A DNA stretch of 64,000 nucleotides, from IMG/VR virus record IMGVR_UViG_3300021171_000008, positions 14,423-78,422 of that record; one strand, given 5' to 3'. Source of the DNA: a virus. The position numbers were made by a program, and so were the translations under genes. This document shows positions 18,646 to 30,021 of the stretch, piece after piece. Positions within the stretch are counted from its first letter, which is position 1; every line of letters begins with the position of its first letter. The notes under the pieces were generated by a model. It saw nothing but the letters and a program-made list of their open reading frames with translations. It had not been told where the DNA came from and did no database searches.

Positions 18646-20472
18646 ATGCGCAAACGTGACCGCAAGATCCCGGTGGCAGATTCGGTGCAGTGGATGGGCC
18701 TCTGCCCATGCGGCTGCGGCGCGTACAACGCTATCCTCCTCGATGAGCACGAGAAGGAGATCGGCATATTCGGCTGGGATCGCGAGGGCTGGATCGCCTT
18801 CCTAGCGGGCGTGATGCGGCAAATTGACGGGGAGGAGTCGAGTGAAGGGCCTGTATGCGAACACCACACTGCACACTGAGTCGGCGTGCCTGAACTGCGG
18901 CAAGGGGCTCGATGCTTCCTCGGTGCATAGCATAGAGCAGCCTAGTCGCGGCCCTGGCGATGGCGACATCACGATCTGCATCTATTGCCGTCACGTCATG
19001 GCGTACCGCGCCGATCTCTCCCTGCGGCCTCTAACTGACGCAGAGATCGTCGATGTCGCTGGAGATCCGCGCTTGGTTTCGATGATCGATCTTGTTGGCG
19101 CCTACCAGAAGGACAAAGAACTTGCGGCCCGACGTCGAGAAGGTCGTCCACTCGCTGGCGACAAAGAAGCTAGCCGACAAGTACATCGGCAGGCACGGCG
19201 AGCCGCCATCGCTTTTCTCACGGCAGCTCGCCGCGAGGCAGCAAGACCTAAACGATGACGACCGCAAACACCTCAAATGGTGCCTGGGCGCAATTGAGCG
19301 CGGCATTGCAAGGGGGAAGATCGAACAATTTAAGGATGCGCAGGCCGCGCTCGACTTCATCACCGCGCTGCTTGAGCGTGACTACAACCTGTACCCAGAA
19401 AGGCAATTACATGGTGATCGATGAATTGATTGACCTGACCAAGCTGTTCGCCAAGACGCTGCGCGCGCCGATCAGCGCCCATGTCGAAAAGCATGGTCTC
19501 GTCATCGTCGGAAACGATCTCCTGATCGCCCACGATCCGCACACCGGCCGGATCGTCATCACGTTTGAGGTCGAGCAAGCGTTGCCGGTCAGGCAGGCGG
19601 CCGAATGACCATTGGGCCAGGAAAATACGACGACCTCGTCACCCCAATACAAGCCTCGACGCAAGCGCGCGGCGTGATCTTGATCGTGGTCGGCGGCAAT
19701 CGAGGCGAGGGCTTCTCCTGCCAAGCCACGCTGGAGGTGACCTTGGCCTTGCCAGCGATGTTGAGAAGCATCGCGGATCAAATGGAGGCAGATATCCCGA
19801 TTGTGAAAGGTGAAGCACAATGAATGACACCGCGCCCCCTACCCATCCCTTCCCGCGCTCGATCGAGGCGTTCGAGGAGATCCTGAAGCGCGCGCAGGAT
19901 GCGCAGATCTCAGCCTTCGCCGTCATCACCGTCGATCCTAACGGGATTGTGGGGTGGCGTTGGCATTTCGGCAACCGGCCCCAAACGGATCTCATCGGGG
20001 GCATCGAGTGCATGAAATGGACGATCGTCACCAAAGCCATGCAGCCGATCGAGCAACCTCCAATTCCGGACCCGCCGACTGATGTCCGACAGTGAGCTGA
20101 AGGCGTCGATCGCGGCGGTGCTCGCGGCGGCCGACGAGATCGAGGCCTACCTCGTGGATCTAAGGAGTCGAGATGGGGATCGGGAAAATACTACTGGGCG
20201 GCTTCCCCGTGATGAAGCGCCAGTGCGAAACGTGCATTTACAGCAAGGCGTGGCAAGAGCTGGGCGGGACGCCGATCGCGGTCCTAGAAGATCAGGTCCG
20301 CGAAAAACATAAGGGCGCGACCGGCTTCAAGGGATCTCGGATCTGCCACTCGCAGGAAAAGGGCGGTAAGGCCACCTGTCGCGGTTTCTGGAACCGGCAC
20401 AAGGATGAGTTTGCGGCGGGCCAGATCGCGCAGCGGTTCGACTGCGTCGAGTTTGTGGAGCCGACAAAATGA
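18646..20472 (+). CDS. Cluster of small hypothetical genes (incl. 18842-19258, 19605-19823, 19820-20095, 20173-20472)
   Basis: Tightly packed ORFs, several Cys-rich; two start with a GGAGTCGA RBS. Confidence 0.5.
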
Positions 20473-20812
20473 TTTCGCTCCGGCGTCCCGGTGAGACACG
20501 CAACCTCGGGATGGGTCCCCAGGAGAAGGGATCGGCTGAACCGTTCCTTCCACGCCCTCGTCGGCGTTGGGACTTTGCAATTGGCTCAACGAAAGCACGG
20601 GCGGAACGGGGGAGGGCTAATGGCTCTCCCCTTGTCGCCTCGCCAGTTCAGCCTCGCACTCCGCCTTGTCCCGGCTGGCAAAGATCACGCCCAGGCCTTC
20701 GATGACCGCCCAGGCCTTGCCGAACGGCGCGACCTGCATCGGCCGGCTGGCCGCCGGGTTAGGCCCCGGCGGCAGCCGCGCTTCCGATTTCTTCGCGCGT
20801 TTTGAGGCGGCC

Positions 20813-21352
20813 ATGGGCAAGCGCTCCACGTTCGAGAGGGTTGAGAGAGATCTCTACAATACGCCTGCGGAGGCCGTCAGGCCGCTCCTGGGCTGGCTCC
20901 ATCGGGGAACGCCCTTCATAGAGCCTTGCTACGGCGAAGGGGCGCTGGCGCGCTCCCTAATGGCCGCAGGGCACCGGCTGATGGCACGCCACGATCTGCC
21001 GACCGACGCGCGCGAGCATGACTACGGCGTGCTCCCCGGCGAGATCTTCATCACAAATCCCCCAGCATGGGGCCGGCCGAAAGATCTGCATCCCTTGATC
21101 GAGAACCTCTCGGATCAGGCGCCGACGTGGCTCCTGATGTCGAGCGACTGGCTGTTCAACCAGTCCTCCGGCGCGATCATCGCCAAGCGGCTGCGCCGGA
21201 TTGTCGCCGTCGGCCGCGTGCGGTGGATTCCCAATTCGCCCCATGTCGGTAAGGACAATTGTGCGTGGCTGCTATTTTATCGCTACGGTCGCCGCGCAAC
21301 CTTTATCGGCCGCGCCAATGGACAATCTCGCCAACGGACTCTCGTGTCGTGA
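20813..21352 (+). CDS. Putative DNA amino-methyltransferase
   Basis: RDLYNTP, SAM-binding IEPCYGEGAL and catalytic-like ITNPP motifs. Confidence 0.7.
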   Translation: MGKRSTFERVERDLYNTPAEAVRPLLGWLHRGTPFIEPCYGEGALARSLMAAGHRLMARHDLPTDAREHDYGVLPGEIFITNPPAWGRPKDLHPLIENLSDQAPTWLLMSSDWLFNQSSGAIIAKRLRRIVAVGRVRWIPNSPHVGKDNCAWLLFYRYGRRATFIGRANGQSRQRTLVS

Positions 21353-21548
21353 GCGCGAATGTCTCCTATGGATCGCTCGCGGCAAAACGTACCACGAGAC
21401 GGCGACGATCACTGGCATCGCCTACGGGACGGTCAAAACCTATCTCGACAAAGCGCGCCACAAGCTCAATTGCGCCACCCTGCCACAAGCGACCGCCCTC
21501 GCGGTCGCGCGGGGCATCCTCACGTCGATTGATCTGGAAGGGCGCTAG
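21318..21548 (+). CDS. LuxR-type HTH-only regulator
   Basis: LSCRERECLLWIARGKT..E.A.I.GI...TV..YL..A..KL. Confidence 0.85.
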   Translation: MDNLANGLSCRERECLLWIARGKTYHETATITGIAYGTVKTYLDKARHKLNCATLPQATALAVARGILTSIDLEGR

Positions 21549-21565
21549 AGGCTTCTCGGCTCTAT

Positions 21566-23874
21566 TCATCCCGAGAGCCTCCTGTCGTCGTCGGGCCACA
21601 GAGGGCCGTGCGGCAGGCTCCAGCGACCGTCGCGCGTGAGCACCTTGCGGATCTTGTACGGCAGAGCCTCGACTTGATCCTCGTCGAGCGTGGCGAGGCC
21701 GCGATTGACCGCCTCGCGCAGCATCTCGAACTCGTTGTCTGTGAGGCGCAAGCGCCAACCTCGGCGCATGCGTGAGACGTTCATCATTTTGACTCCTCAG
21801 AGTAAGTGAAGCTGAATAATAATTGGCGGGGATGGCGCAGAGAAGTGAACAATAGTAAGCATAATGCCTGCCCATGCCGCCGTCATGGTAAGCAAAGTGG
21901 CGATCGATTTGATTATTTCCCAGCGCTGTTCTTCGTCATTCATCGTCGTCACTGAGCTTGACGGTCGAGCCATCCTTGAAACGAAGCACGCGGTCCGAGA
22001 ACCACGACCGCAACACAATGCCGGCCGTCATTCTCCGGGTTCCGTTGTTCCCGTCTCTCGGGATCGTATCCGGCGGACAGTCGAGCGCCTCGACCAGGGC
22101 GACAAACTTCGCGAACGAAAATTCGCCGTCCTGGCCGCGCGACCGCTCGGTGAGGAAACGGTCGTAAGCGTCGCCTGAGTGTTTTGGGTATTGCCTGCGC
22201 CTAATCCGCGACACGGTTCACCTCGCGGACTTCGATCTTCAGCCTGTCGATGCTGTTTTGCAGCCGCGTGGTGAGCGCAACTTGAACGACGAATTGGTCG
22301 CGCAAGTCTGCGAGGTCATGCTCGATTCGGGTCAATTGCTGTTGGATCTTCTTAAGGACCGCGAGAGTTAGGCTTTCAGCCTCCGTCATCGGACACCTCC
22401 CCGGCGTGACAAATCACCTTGGTGATGCGCGCGCCCTCGTGCTCGCTAACCCATGGGAAGTCAGCGCTACGCGCCATGTCGAGCGCTTTCGCTTGCGCTT
22501 CGCCGAACCCCTCGGCCACGATTTCGATCGTCGCCTCTTGGCGCGGGTATCGTTGCAGCTCGACCGTGAAGCGCTGCTTCATGACGGCCTCCGCAACAGG
22601 AAGCCCAATAGCACTGCGGCGGCGCGATAATGGAACGCCTGGACCTTCTGCCACTCCGCCGCGTAATCGGGCATGCCCCGGCGCAGCGCGTCGACGGACT
22701 CAGCGTGAGCAAACGCCGCTGCGCCTTGATGCAGCGCGGCGCCGTGCTTCAGCTCCTCGTCGGTTAGAAAGGTCCATGTTTGAAAGGGCTGTGCGCTCAA
22801 TTCGCCCTCCGTTTGTTGTCGAGAAGATTGTCGAAAACGCCGGTGAATCGGTCCTCGACCGCCGAGAGGGCGCGCAGCTCGGTGCATGTTCCATCGGCCG
22901 CGCGCACCGTCTGCAAGGTCTGGTAGCGATGCTCGCCGGCCTTGTTGGCGGCCATGGCGACGACGCACTCTTGCCGGTCCGGGCTCTCGCTCGGCATCGG
23001 CCCGGTGTACTCCTTGCTCGGATCTCCCTGGACGCGCAGCATCCAGGCCTCGGTCAGCATGCTGTACGCGGTGCACCGCCTCTCGCGCATGACGTCGCGC
23101 ATGGTTTCGATCACGAGATGCTTCTCGCGATTGTTCCCCCACGGCGTGGCGTAGACCGTGACATCGTCCGGCTTGTCGCCCTTCTCGGTGACCAAGAGCC
23201 ATATGGGCGTCAGCTCGTCCTTGGTGCCGACCATCACCCGGTTAGCTTGGTCCTTGGCCAGTTCCATCATTTTATCCAATGTCATCGCTTAACCCTCCGA
23301 ACCGCGCTCGTCCGCGTCCTCGACCGGCCAAAACCAGGGCTCCTTGCGCGCGAACATGTTGAAGTGAAGCTTCTGGGTGGGCTCGATCGCCTCGACGATC
23401 TCCCGAAGCTTGCTGATCAGCTCGCGCATTTCGCTCACGCTGAGATATTGCGCGCTCGCGTATGCGATCTCGCCGCGCAATTGCAGCGTCGCGCTTTCCG
23501 GGCTCGACTTGTACAGGCGGATCATAGGCGTGCGATCGACCTCATACCGGCGTGGGTAACGCCCCATTTCGATATGCTTCTTGATATTCAGCTCATTCAT
23601 TTTTCGACTCCTTCCGGGGATTGCCCGCGACCGCGCCCCATCTCTGAGGCGCGCACGCTGGCAATCAGTCCAGCTGGTCGAGGAGATCCTCGATCGCCGC
23701 CTCTTGCGTCGGTCCGGTTCCGACCTTGCAGCCTAGATCGTAGTCGCCGACCGTCGCCGACCATCCAAAATGCGAATAGCGCGGCGCGTAATCGTCATAG
23801 GTCTTGATGTCTTCCAGGCGCAGGCCCCTAGCTGCACAGATGCGGTGCAGCCGCTCGTCGTTTTCGTTAGCCAT
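21566..23874 (-). CDS. Leftward cluster of small early genes (21566-21787, 21936-22214, 22201-22389, 22797-23285, 23289-23600, 23665-23874 and others)
   Basis: Coupled ORFs; GGAGTCGA RBS before 23600 and 23874. Confidence 0.55.
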
Positions 23875-25864
23875 TTGGTTTCGACTCCTTAATGATCGCC
23901 AGCAGATCGGCCGGAACCTGCCGCCCATACTTGATCGCGAGCTTCCGGCCGTACTGGGCTTGCTTCTGGCTCAGCGATTCGCGGTGGGCCAAGCTGTGGC
24001 CAAAGTCAGTGTCCAATTTATTGAAGCCGCAGCCATCAAGGACTTGAGCGCCGTCACATAGCCCCGCGATGATCCTCAGAGCGTCGTGGACGGCTTGGAC
24101 TTGCTGGCCGGTCAGATCATCCGCGCCAGGAGCCGGAGGGGCCTGGACGGGCTTCTCTGGGGCTCGGACGGGCTCATCGAGAGGCTTGGGCGCCGGGAGC
24201 GCGGCCCCAGGCTTGTCGAGCGCCGCGTCGGCAATCGCCGCCTTGTCCACGTTCACCTGCGCAATGTGCGCGTCCAGCGAACCGTCAAGCACGACATACT
24301 GGATGAGAACCGACTCGCGCTGACCAATGCGGTGGGCCCGATCCTCGGCCTGTTGGTTCCAACCTGGGGTCCAATCTTGCTCGGCGAAGACAACGTGAGT
24401 CGCCGCCGTCAATGTGATGCCAACGCCGGCGGCCTTGATCGAACCGACAAACACGCGGCAGCTCGGATCAGATTGGAAACGGTCAATCCGCGCCTGCTTA
24501 TCGGCCGCGCTATCGCCGCCCATAAGCTTGACGGCGCCGACATCGGAAAACTCTTTCGTCAGGGCTTCGACGACGTCCCGGTGATGGGCGAAAAGTAAAA
24601 TTTTACCTTCGCTGCCGTCCAGCGCATCGCGAACGTGCTCGATCACTTGCGGGAGCTTGGCGAGGGCGATTTCATGCCGCAGCGCGCTCATCTCCTCGAA
24701 AGCGGCCCCAGAGGCGTCCTCTAGGGCCGCCACAGCCGCCTCGAACGCTTTGGGGTCTTCTGAGGCCTTCGACGCCTGGAGGGCTTCCTTGGCCTGCGTG
24801 ACGCGCTCTGCGAGGGCGTTCTGCCGCTCGATCAGGGCGCGCGCCTTCTTGCTCGGCTCAAGCACGATTACCTGCCGACGCTTGGGGGGCAGCTCGGTCA
24901 GAACCTCGCTCTTCAACCGGCGGATCATGAACGCAGCGCGGAGCTTGCTGTTCAGCTCAGGGAGGTTCGACGCGCCGTCGATGTCCCAGCCATATTCGGT
25001 CTGATGACCGGCACAGTAGCGGACGTGGAAGCCCCGCCAATTGGCGCCCAGCCCCTGCCGGTCGAGCGCGTGAACGATCGTCCACAGCTCTTTCGGGCGG
25101 TTTAAGATGGGCGTGCCGGTCAAGAACAGGCGGCGCGCAGCGCGGATCGGCGCGACCTTCCAGGCCTTCGCGGCAGCGTCCCACTTGCCGAATATCGCCT
25201 GGGTGCGCTGCGCCTTGCCGTTCTTGACGTAGTGGCACTCGTCGAAGATCGCGAGATCCCAGTCCACCGCCTTGATCTCGGCGTCGAACTTGCGCAGCAC
25301 GTCATAATTGACGATCACCACGTCAGTCGCCGGCCAGCCGCCGTTGGCGACGCCAATGCTGAGCGGACGCACCAGCCACTTTCGCAGCTCCCGCTCCCAA
25401 TTGATTTTGAGGCTCGCAGGGCAGACGACCAGAACCTTGCGGATCGACGGCGTGGCATTGATGACGCCCGCAGCCTGGATCGTCTTGCCCAGGCCCATTT
25501 CATCGCCGATCAGGGTATTGGTGCGCGCCGCCGCATAAGCGATCCCGGCCCGCTGGTAGGGGAGGTAGTTGAGCCCTAACTTGCGGCAGACGTCGGACAA
25601 GGGAAGGTCGATCGCGGCATCGGTCGCGTGCGAGGCGACAATGGAGGCCTCGCGAGCCTGATGCTGCGCCTGCCGCTCGGCGTTAATGCGGGCGACGAGG
25701 TCCGCGTTGTCGCCGTCGATCTTCGCCGCGATCTCCGGCTTGTCGGTCCACCAGACTTTGCGATCGGGGTTCCACCGGAACCCGGCCGCCTTCACGATAT
25801 CCTTGTCCGCGTAGTCGGACCGCGCGATCCAAATGCGGCCCTCTTGCACAACTTTGATTGCCAT
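23867..25864 (-). CDS. SNF2-family (SMARCAL1/HARP-like) helicase
   Basis: IGDEMGLGKT, VVCPAS, DECH, LTGTP..NRP, GVGITLT and QAEDRAHRIGQ motifs. Confidence 0.92.
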   Translation of the reverse strand: MAIKVVQEGRIWIARSDYADKDIVKAAGFRWNPDRKVWWTDKPEIAAKIDGDNADLVARINAERQAQHQAREASIVASHATDAAIDLPLSDVCRKLGLNYLPYQRAGIAYAAARTNTLIGDEMGLGKTIQAAGVINATPSIRKVLVVCPASLKINWERELRKWLVRPLSIGVANGGWPATDVVIVNYDVLRKFDAEIKAVDWDLAIFDECHYVKNGKAQRTQAIFGKWDAAAKAWKVAPIRAARRLFLTGTPILNRPKELWTIVHALDRQGLGANWRGFHVRYCAGHQTEYGWDIDGASNLPELNSKLRAAFMIRRLKSEVLTELPPKRRQVIVLEPSKKARALIERQNALAERVTQAKEALQASKASEDPKAFEAAVAALEDASGAAFEEMSALRHEIALAKLPQVIEHVRDALDGSEGKILLFAHHRDVVEALTKEFSDVGAVKLMGGDSAADKQARIDRFQSDPSCRVFVGSIKAAGVGITLTAATHVVFAEQDWTPGWNQQAEDRAHRIGQRESVLIQYVVLDGSLDAHIAQVNVDKAAIADAALDKPGAALPAPKPLDEPVRAPEKPVQAPPAPGADDLTGQQVQAVHDALRIIAGLCDGAQVLDGCGFNKLDTDFGHSLAHRESLSQKQAQYGRKLAIKYGRQVPADLLAIIKESKPNG

Positions 25865-25957
25865 TGAACTCGACTCCAAAAAAGAAAACCGGGCGGTAGG
25901 CGCCGCCCGGTCCTGATATGGCATGCTCTGCAAAAACCGTCAAGATGACGCCAGTTT

Positions 25958-26890
25958 TTATCTCGCCGCATAAGCCTTGCGGGCGTAACTCAGCGCGCAG
26001 CGGAGCGTGCAGAACGGGTCATAGCCGCCCGTCCACGATTCGCCGTCCCACACTTCCCGGTAGGCGTGCAGGGTGGGCGTGTCGGTGTAGAAGCGCGGGT
26101 CCGGCTCTTCCCTCTTGCGCGCGAGGCCGCCAGCCCATGAGGTTCGTTTTTGCTGATCGGCCAGGAACTCCGCTTTGAGCCCCAGCCGGCTCGGCTCGCT
26201 CGTCTTCCAGACGACGCCGTTGCCGGTATAGCTCGGCATCGGCTCGCCCTCGGGCCAGCGCACGTCCTCCTGATGCGTATGGCGCTGGCCATACTTGGCG
26301 CCACAGTGGACGCAAACCGGGCGGCTGGACCTCGCCATGCTGTGAGGCCGGGTCACAGCTCCACCTGATTGCGGACCCAGCTATAGCGCAGGCTCATCGC
26401 AGCCCCCTATGGGTTGGCCCATAAGGCAAAGCGCGGCCTAAACAATTGTTCATTTCCTGCGCCATATCGCGGCGCGCATCGGCTGTCCGCAGCTCGGGTT
26501 TGTCGTTGCTCTCAAAAAGCTTAGTCATGATGCGACAAAGCCGGATGTAATCGTCGCGATCGAGGAGGTAGTGCTCCGCGTCTCGCGCGCTTTGGTGTTC
26601 CATGGGTTCGACTCCTTCTCGGTTTCGATCGATCGATCGTCCGGTCATGCGCGCCGCCTAGACGCGCATGGCCTCACGTTCGCTCAACCCATCGCGGCGA
26701 GCTGGAGGGCGTCGCACATATGCTCGAACGCCTTCCACTCGTTGTCATCGCGAGTGATCCGCGATTGCTCGCTTCTGAGGCGGCCCAGCGCGTAGCCAAC
26801 CTCCTCCGCCGAATAGAGTCCGGCGAGCGCGAGGGCGCGCAACGCCACGCGATACAGTTCAACGGCGTCTTCGCTTGGGGCATCAATCAT
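25958..26890 (-). CDS. Small early genes (25958-26356, 26394-26603, 26684-26890)
   Basis: GGAGTCGA RBS before 26603 and 26890. Confidence 0.5.
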
Positions 26891-27170
26891 GGTTCGACTC
26901 CTTCAATCGACCGAGGGCGCGTGCCGCCTCTGCTTGTCGTTTCTCTTGAGCGGCGGCGCCCCTAACCTCGTTCCAATGAGCGCGCAGCTCACGATCCAAA
27001 CAGCCACAAGACTTTGTGTGGCCCCTGCGCAGATTGTTGCTGCGCGCGATCGAGGTCGCGCCGCAGTCGCATGAACAATTCCAAAATGTGTGCTTGCCAG
27101 CTCGCGCGGCGAGTCGGACGGCAATGAGCCGCCCGAAACGGATTCCGCTCAGATCGACGATGGCGGGCAT
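26883..27170 (-). CDS. Cys-rich domain usually found N-terminal to phage HNH/AP2 proteins, here stand-alone
   Basis: DLSGIRFGRL....WNCSCDCG......NLRRG.TKSCGC; no HNH motif follows. Confidence 0.65.
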   Translation of the reverse strand: MPAIVDLSGIRFGRLIAVRLAARAGKHTFWNCSCDCGATSIARSNNLRRGHTKSCGCLDRELRAHWNEVRGAAAQEKRQAEAARALGRLKESNHD

Positions 27171-28084
27171 TAGGCGGCCTCCAGAGCGGGTTCCTCCTCG
27201 TCCGCCTCCTCTGCACTCACCTTGCCGCGTAACCAGTCTACGGCCTTGCTGGCCGCACTGGCGGCGGTCACGATCGCCGTCTCTTTCTGGGACAGGAGCG
27301 AAACCCAGTGGTCGATGTAGGCGGCCGGAGCCTCGCCCATGTCGATGCCCCACTCGGCGCAGACGAAAGCCGCCGTTAGCTCGGCGATCAGCTCCTCGGC
27401 CGCATATTCGCGGTCCCCAAACTTGCCCTTCAGCTCGCGGCCCAGGCGCGAGGGATGCCCGGTCGCGTGGCCCATCTCATGAAAGAGCGTGCTGTAGAAG
27501 GCATGGGCGCCGACAAAGGCCTCAAACGCGGGCATCTGGATGCGATCGAGCGAGGGCGCATACTGGGCGCGCGCGCCTCGGCCTTCCTCGATGCGGATCT
27601 CGGTCGCGGCGACGAAGGCGTCGAGATCAGCGTCGCGCCCGTCAGGATTGACCGGGGCATGCTGGCGAGGCTCGCCCAGGCCCATGACCGAATCCGGCAG
27701 CCCCTCGCACTGCGCCACGTTGAAAACCGTGTAGCTGCGCAAGAAACCAATGGTCTTTTTCTCGCCAGGATTCTTATCGTCCTTTACGAGCATGCGCTTG
27801 ACGAAGATCACGGCGACGCCGTGCTCGTGTTTCTTGACGTTGCCGCCTGCCGCCTTGGCCTGCTTGAAGGTCAGCCAGCGCGGCGTGCTGTAGCCCTCGA
27901 CCTCGGCCACGCCCCAGAGCAACAGGACGTTAGCGCCGCTGTAGAAGCGGCCGGTGACCGCATTGCGCGGCATCACGCTGCCATGCGCGCCAACGCGCTC
28001 GGACCAGGGCTTGCGCCAGGGCGCAACGCCAGTTTTCAGCTGGGCGAGAATCTTGTCGGTGATCTCGCGGTGCATGTCTCGCAT
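27170..28084 (-). CDS. ardC: ArdC-family antirestriction protein (ssDNA-binding + zincin-like domain)
   Basis: ITD.I...L..G..PWRKPW, YSGAN, WLTFKQA, VFNVAQ, FHEMGHATGH and EELIAE motifs. Confidence 0.9.
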   Translation of the reverse strand: MRDMHREITDKILAQLKTGVAPWRKPWSERVGAHGSVMPRNAVTGRFYSGANVLLLWGVAEVEGYSTPRWLTFKQAKAAGGNVKKHEHGVAVIFVKRMLVKDDKNPGEKKTIGFLRSYTVFNVAQCEGLPDSVMGLGEPRQHAPVNPDGRDADLDAFVAATEIRIEEGRGARAQYAPSLDRIQMPAFEAFVGAHAFYSTLFHEMGHATGHPSRLGRELKGKFGDREYAAEELIAELTAAFVCAEWGIDMGEAPAAYIDHWVSLLSQKETAIVTAASAASKAVDWLRGKVSAEEADEEEPALEAA

Positions 28085-28159
28085 TGGGTTCGACTCCAAA
28101 AAGTTAAAGGGCGCGGGTAGGCCTGCGCCCCTCTCAGATAGCGTTAGATGCAAAAACTG

Positions 28160-28330
28160 TCAAGATGGCGACGATTTTGGATTGCGGGCGCGCCGCTCGG
28201 CCTCGGCCCTGGCCGCCGCCTTTTCCTTGGTGCAGTGGCGAATATGCGCCGCCTTCCCCAGCGCATTGTTGGTGATACGATCGCCGCAGATCGGGCAGAC
28301 GACACGCCGCCAGCGAATTTTGCGGGTCAT
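28160..28330 (-). CDS. Small C2H2-type zinc-finger-like protein
   Basis: CPICG.....NALGKAAHIRHC. Confidence 0.5.
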   Translation of the reverse strand: MTRKIRWRRVVCPICGDRITNNALGKAAHIRHCTKEKAAARAEAERRARNPKSSPS

Positions 28331-28506
28331 CAGCGCAGCTCCTTCCGCCGCGAATCCAGCTCGGCGCGGATGGCCTGAAGGTGAAGCTCCAGCACGCTCA
28401 TCGCCAAACCGCACCGGGTTGAATCGCCGCTCTTGATGGCCTCTTCCGCGCGGCGCGCCTCGCGACGAATCTCGCGGCAGCGCGTAATGATGTTTACGCA
28501 GTCCAT
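28330..28506 (-). CDS. Hypothetical 58-aa protein (not in the ORF track)
   Basis: GGAGTCGAGAAATG start, hand-translated MDCVNIITRCREIRREARRAEEAIKSG... Confidence 0.55.
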   Translation of the reverse strand: MDCVNIITRCREIRREARRAEEAIKSGDSTRCGLAMSVLELHLQAIRAELDSRRKELR

Positions 28507-28534
28507 TTCTCGACTCCTTCAGATTGCTGTGAGT

Positions 28535-28600
28535 AGGCTCATCAGGCGGCGCCTTACGCCGCGACACAGAGGCCCCAGGACGGGCCTCCGCGTTTCGCCC
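28535..28600 (-). ncRNA. Type II hammerhead ribozyme 1
   Basis: Minus strand: GGGC-GAAA-CGCGGAGGCCC(GTCCTG)GGGCCTCTGTG-TC-GCGGCG(TAAGG)CGCCGC-CTGATGA-GCCT; intact core and three stems. Confidence 0.9.
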
Positions 28601-28625
28601 TGGTTCAGAGTCCCGCTCGCGTTCC

Positions 28626-28970
28626 TCAGACGTAGACTTTCCCGCTGCCGCCCTCTTCGATGTCGATCGGGTCATATTCGCCCGTGACCGCGCCGAACTC
28701 GTCAGGCTGCAACAGATATTCGCGGACATGTTCCCAGCCGCGATCTGCGGTGCGAGGCACGATGCGCAAAAGATGCTCCGGCGGGAACCCAAAGGACTCG
28801 TCCTCAAAATCAACGCGCACGCAGTCCGCCGTCTCGCGCTCGCTTCCAGTGACAGTCGCCAACTCGCAAGCGACCAGCCGTCCGTCCCAGTCGGCAATGT
28901 CATCGCCCTCAAGGTCCACTCGGTCGCCAATGCGAATATCGGCGGCCTTCACTTCGATCATGCATTCCAT
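28626..28970 (-). CDS. Acidic hypothetical protein flanked by two ribozymes
   Basis: GGAGTCGA RBS before ATG 28970. Confidence 0.6.
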   Translation of the reverse strand: MECMIEVKAADIRIGDRVDLEGDDIADWDGRLVACELATVTGSERETADCVRVDFEDESFGFPPEHLLRIVPRTADRGWEHVREYLLQPDEFGAVTGEYDPIDIEEGGSGKVYV

Positions 28971-28989
28971 GGTCTTCGACTCCGTTGGT

Positions 28990-29045
28990 AGGCTCATCAG
29001 TGGCGGCCAAACCGCCAGACGCGCGCCAGAGCGCGCGTTTCGCCT
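28990..29045 (-). ncRNA. Type II hammerhead ribozyme 2
   Basis: Minus strand: AGGC-GAAA-CGCGCGC(TCTG)GCGCGCG-TC-TGGCGG(TTTGG)CCGCCA-CTGATGA-GCCT; 3' CCAA can pair with loop I TTGG. Confidence 0.93.
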
Positions 29046-29617
29046 TCAGAACTTGACCGGGATCATGGTGACGCAATTGTCCTCTGTCTTTTCCAGGCGG
29101 ACATGGCGCCACATATGGAGTTCGCGATCCCGGCGGATGCGCGCGAACTGTTTAGCCTCGGACTCATTGTCGAAGGCGCGGATCAGGTCTTGAGTGATAC
29201 CGGGGTAGGTCACGATCCACTTGGTCATGCTGCCCTCCCGAGCGGGAACCGCACCGGCAGAGCCTCGCGGGCAAGACGATCGCGCTTGGCCGCCATGGCC
29301 GCCTTGTAGGCCTCGACAATGCCCCCGTGCATGCCGACGCGGTCGAGGGAGAGTTTGCCGGTCGCCCAGGCGGCGCGATCGGCGTTAGCCTGCGCCGCGA
29401 ACTCAGCGCGAATCTTCGCGCGGTGTTTGGCGTCGTCGACGTGCGCCGTCTTCTGCCCGCTCGGGGCATTAGTCGGCCAAGTGTCGACCGCGACCTTGCG
29501 GCCGGGTTTCGCTGGCTTGGTGTAAATTGGCCCCCAGGACTCGGGCTCGACGCGCTTGCCGTCGCGATAGGGCAAGTCCTCGAACGAAAACGGGCGCAGA
29601 TCAGATTCGCGTGACAT
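29046..29617 (-). CDS. Two early hypothetical genes (29046-29228, 29225-29617)
   Basis: Coupled ORFs; TTGACC-N17-TATTTG promoter, GCCTAC hairpin and GGAGTCGA RBS upstream. Confidence 0.55.
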
Positions 29618-29747
29618 GGGTTCGACTCCAGTTTGGGCGCCGTAGGCGGCGCCTGTCCCTCAAATAGGGGGTTACGGTACGCCGGTCAAGCTATTTTCGT
29701 CGTCATCGTGACGATTTTCTCGAGCCGGAACGGACTCCTTATTACAT

Positions 29748-29860
29748 TGTCCCCAGCCAGTCCCCTTCCCAGGCTCGAGGAACAGCCAGTTTGTCCCGCG
29801 CTTGTCCCCAGCTCGGACATGTCCTCGTTTGTCCCTCGCAGCTGTCCCTTTTCGGTCCCT
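29748..29860 (+). repeat. TGTCCC iteron-like direct repeats (candidate replication origin)
   Basis: TGTCCC at 29748, 29792, 29803, 29830 and 29843, variants at 29760, 29820 and 29854, in intergenic DNA. Confidence 0.55.
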
Positions 29861-30021
29861 CAAGCCACAAAACGCGATAGGCGATTAAACGGCCAGAAAC
29901 GGTCGCTGAGACGCCCCTTTTTGCAGTCGATGCAGATCCCCTAGATTGCAGAGCGCCCGTCAGCGCCCTGTTTAAAGCCCAGCAAAGGGCTAAAGGTGTT
30001 ACAACCTAAGCGTCAGTTGTG

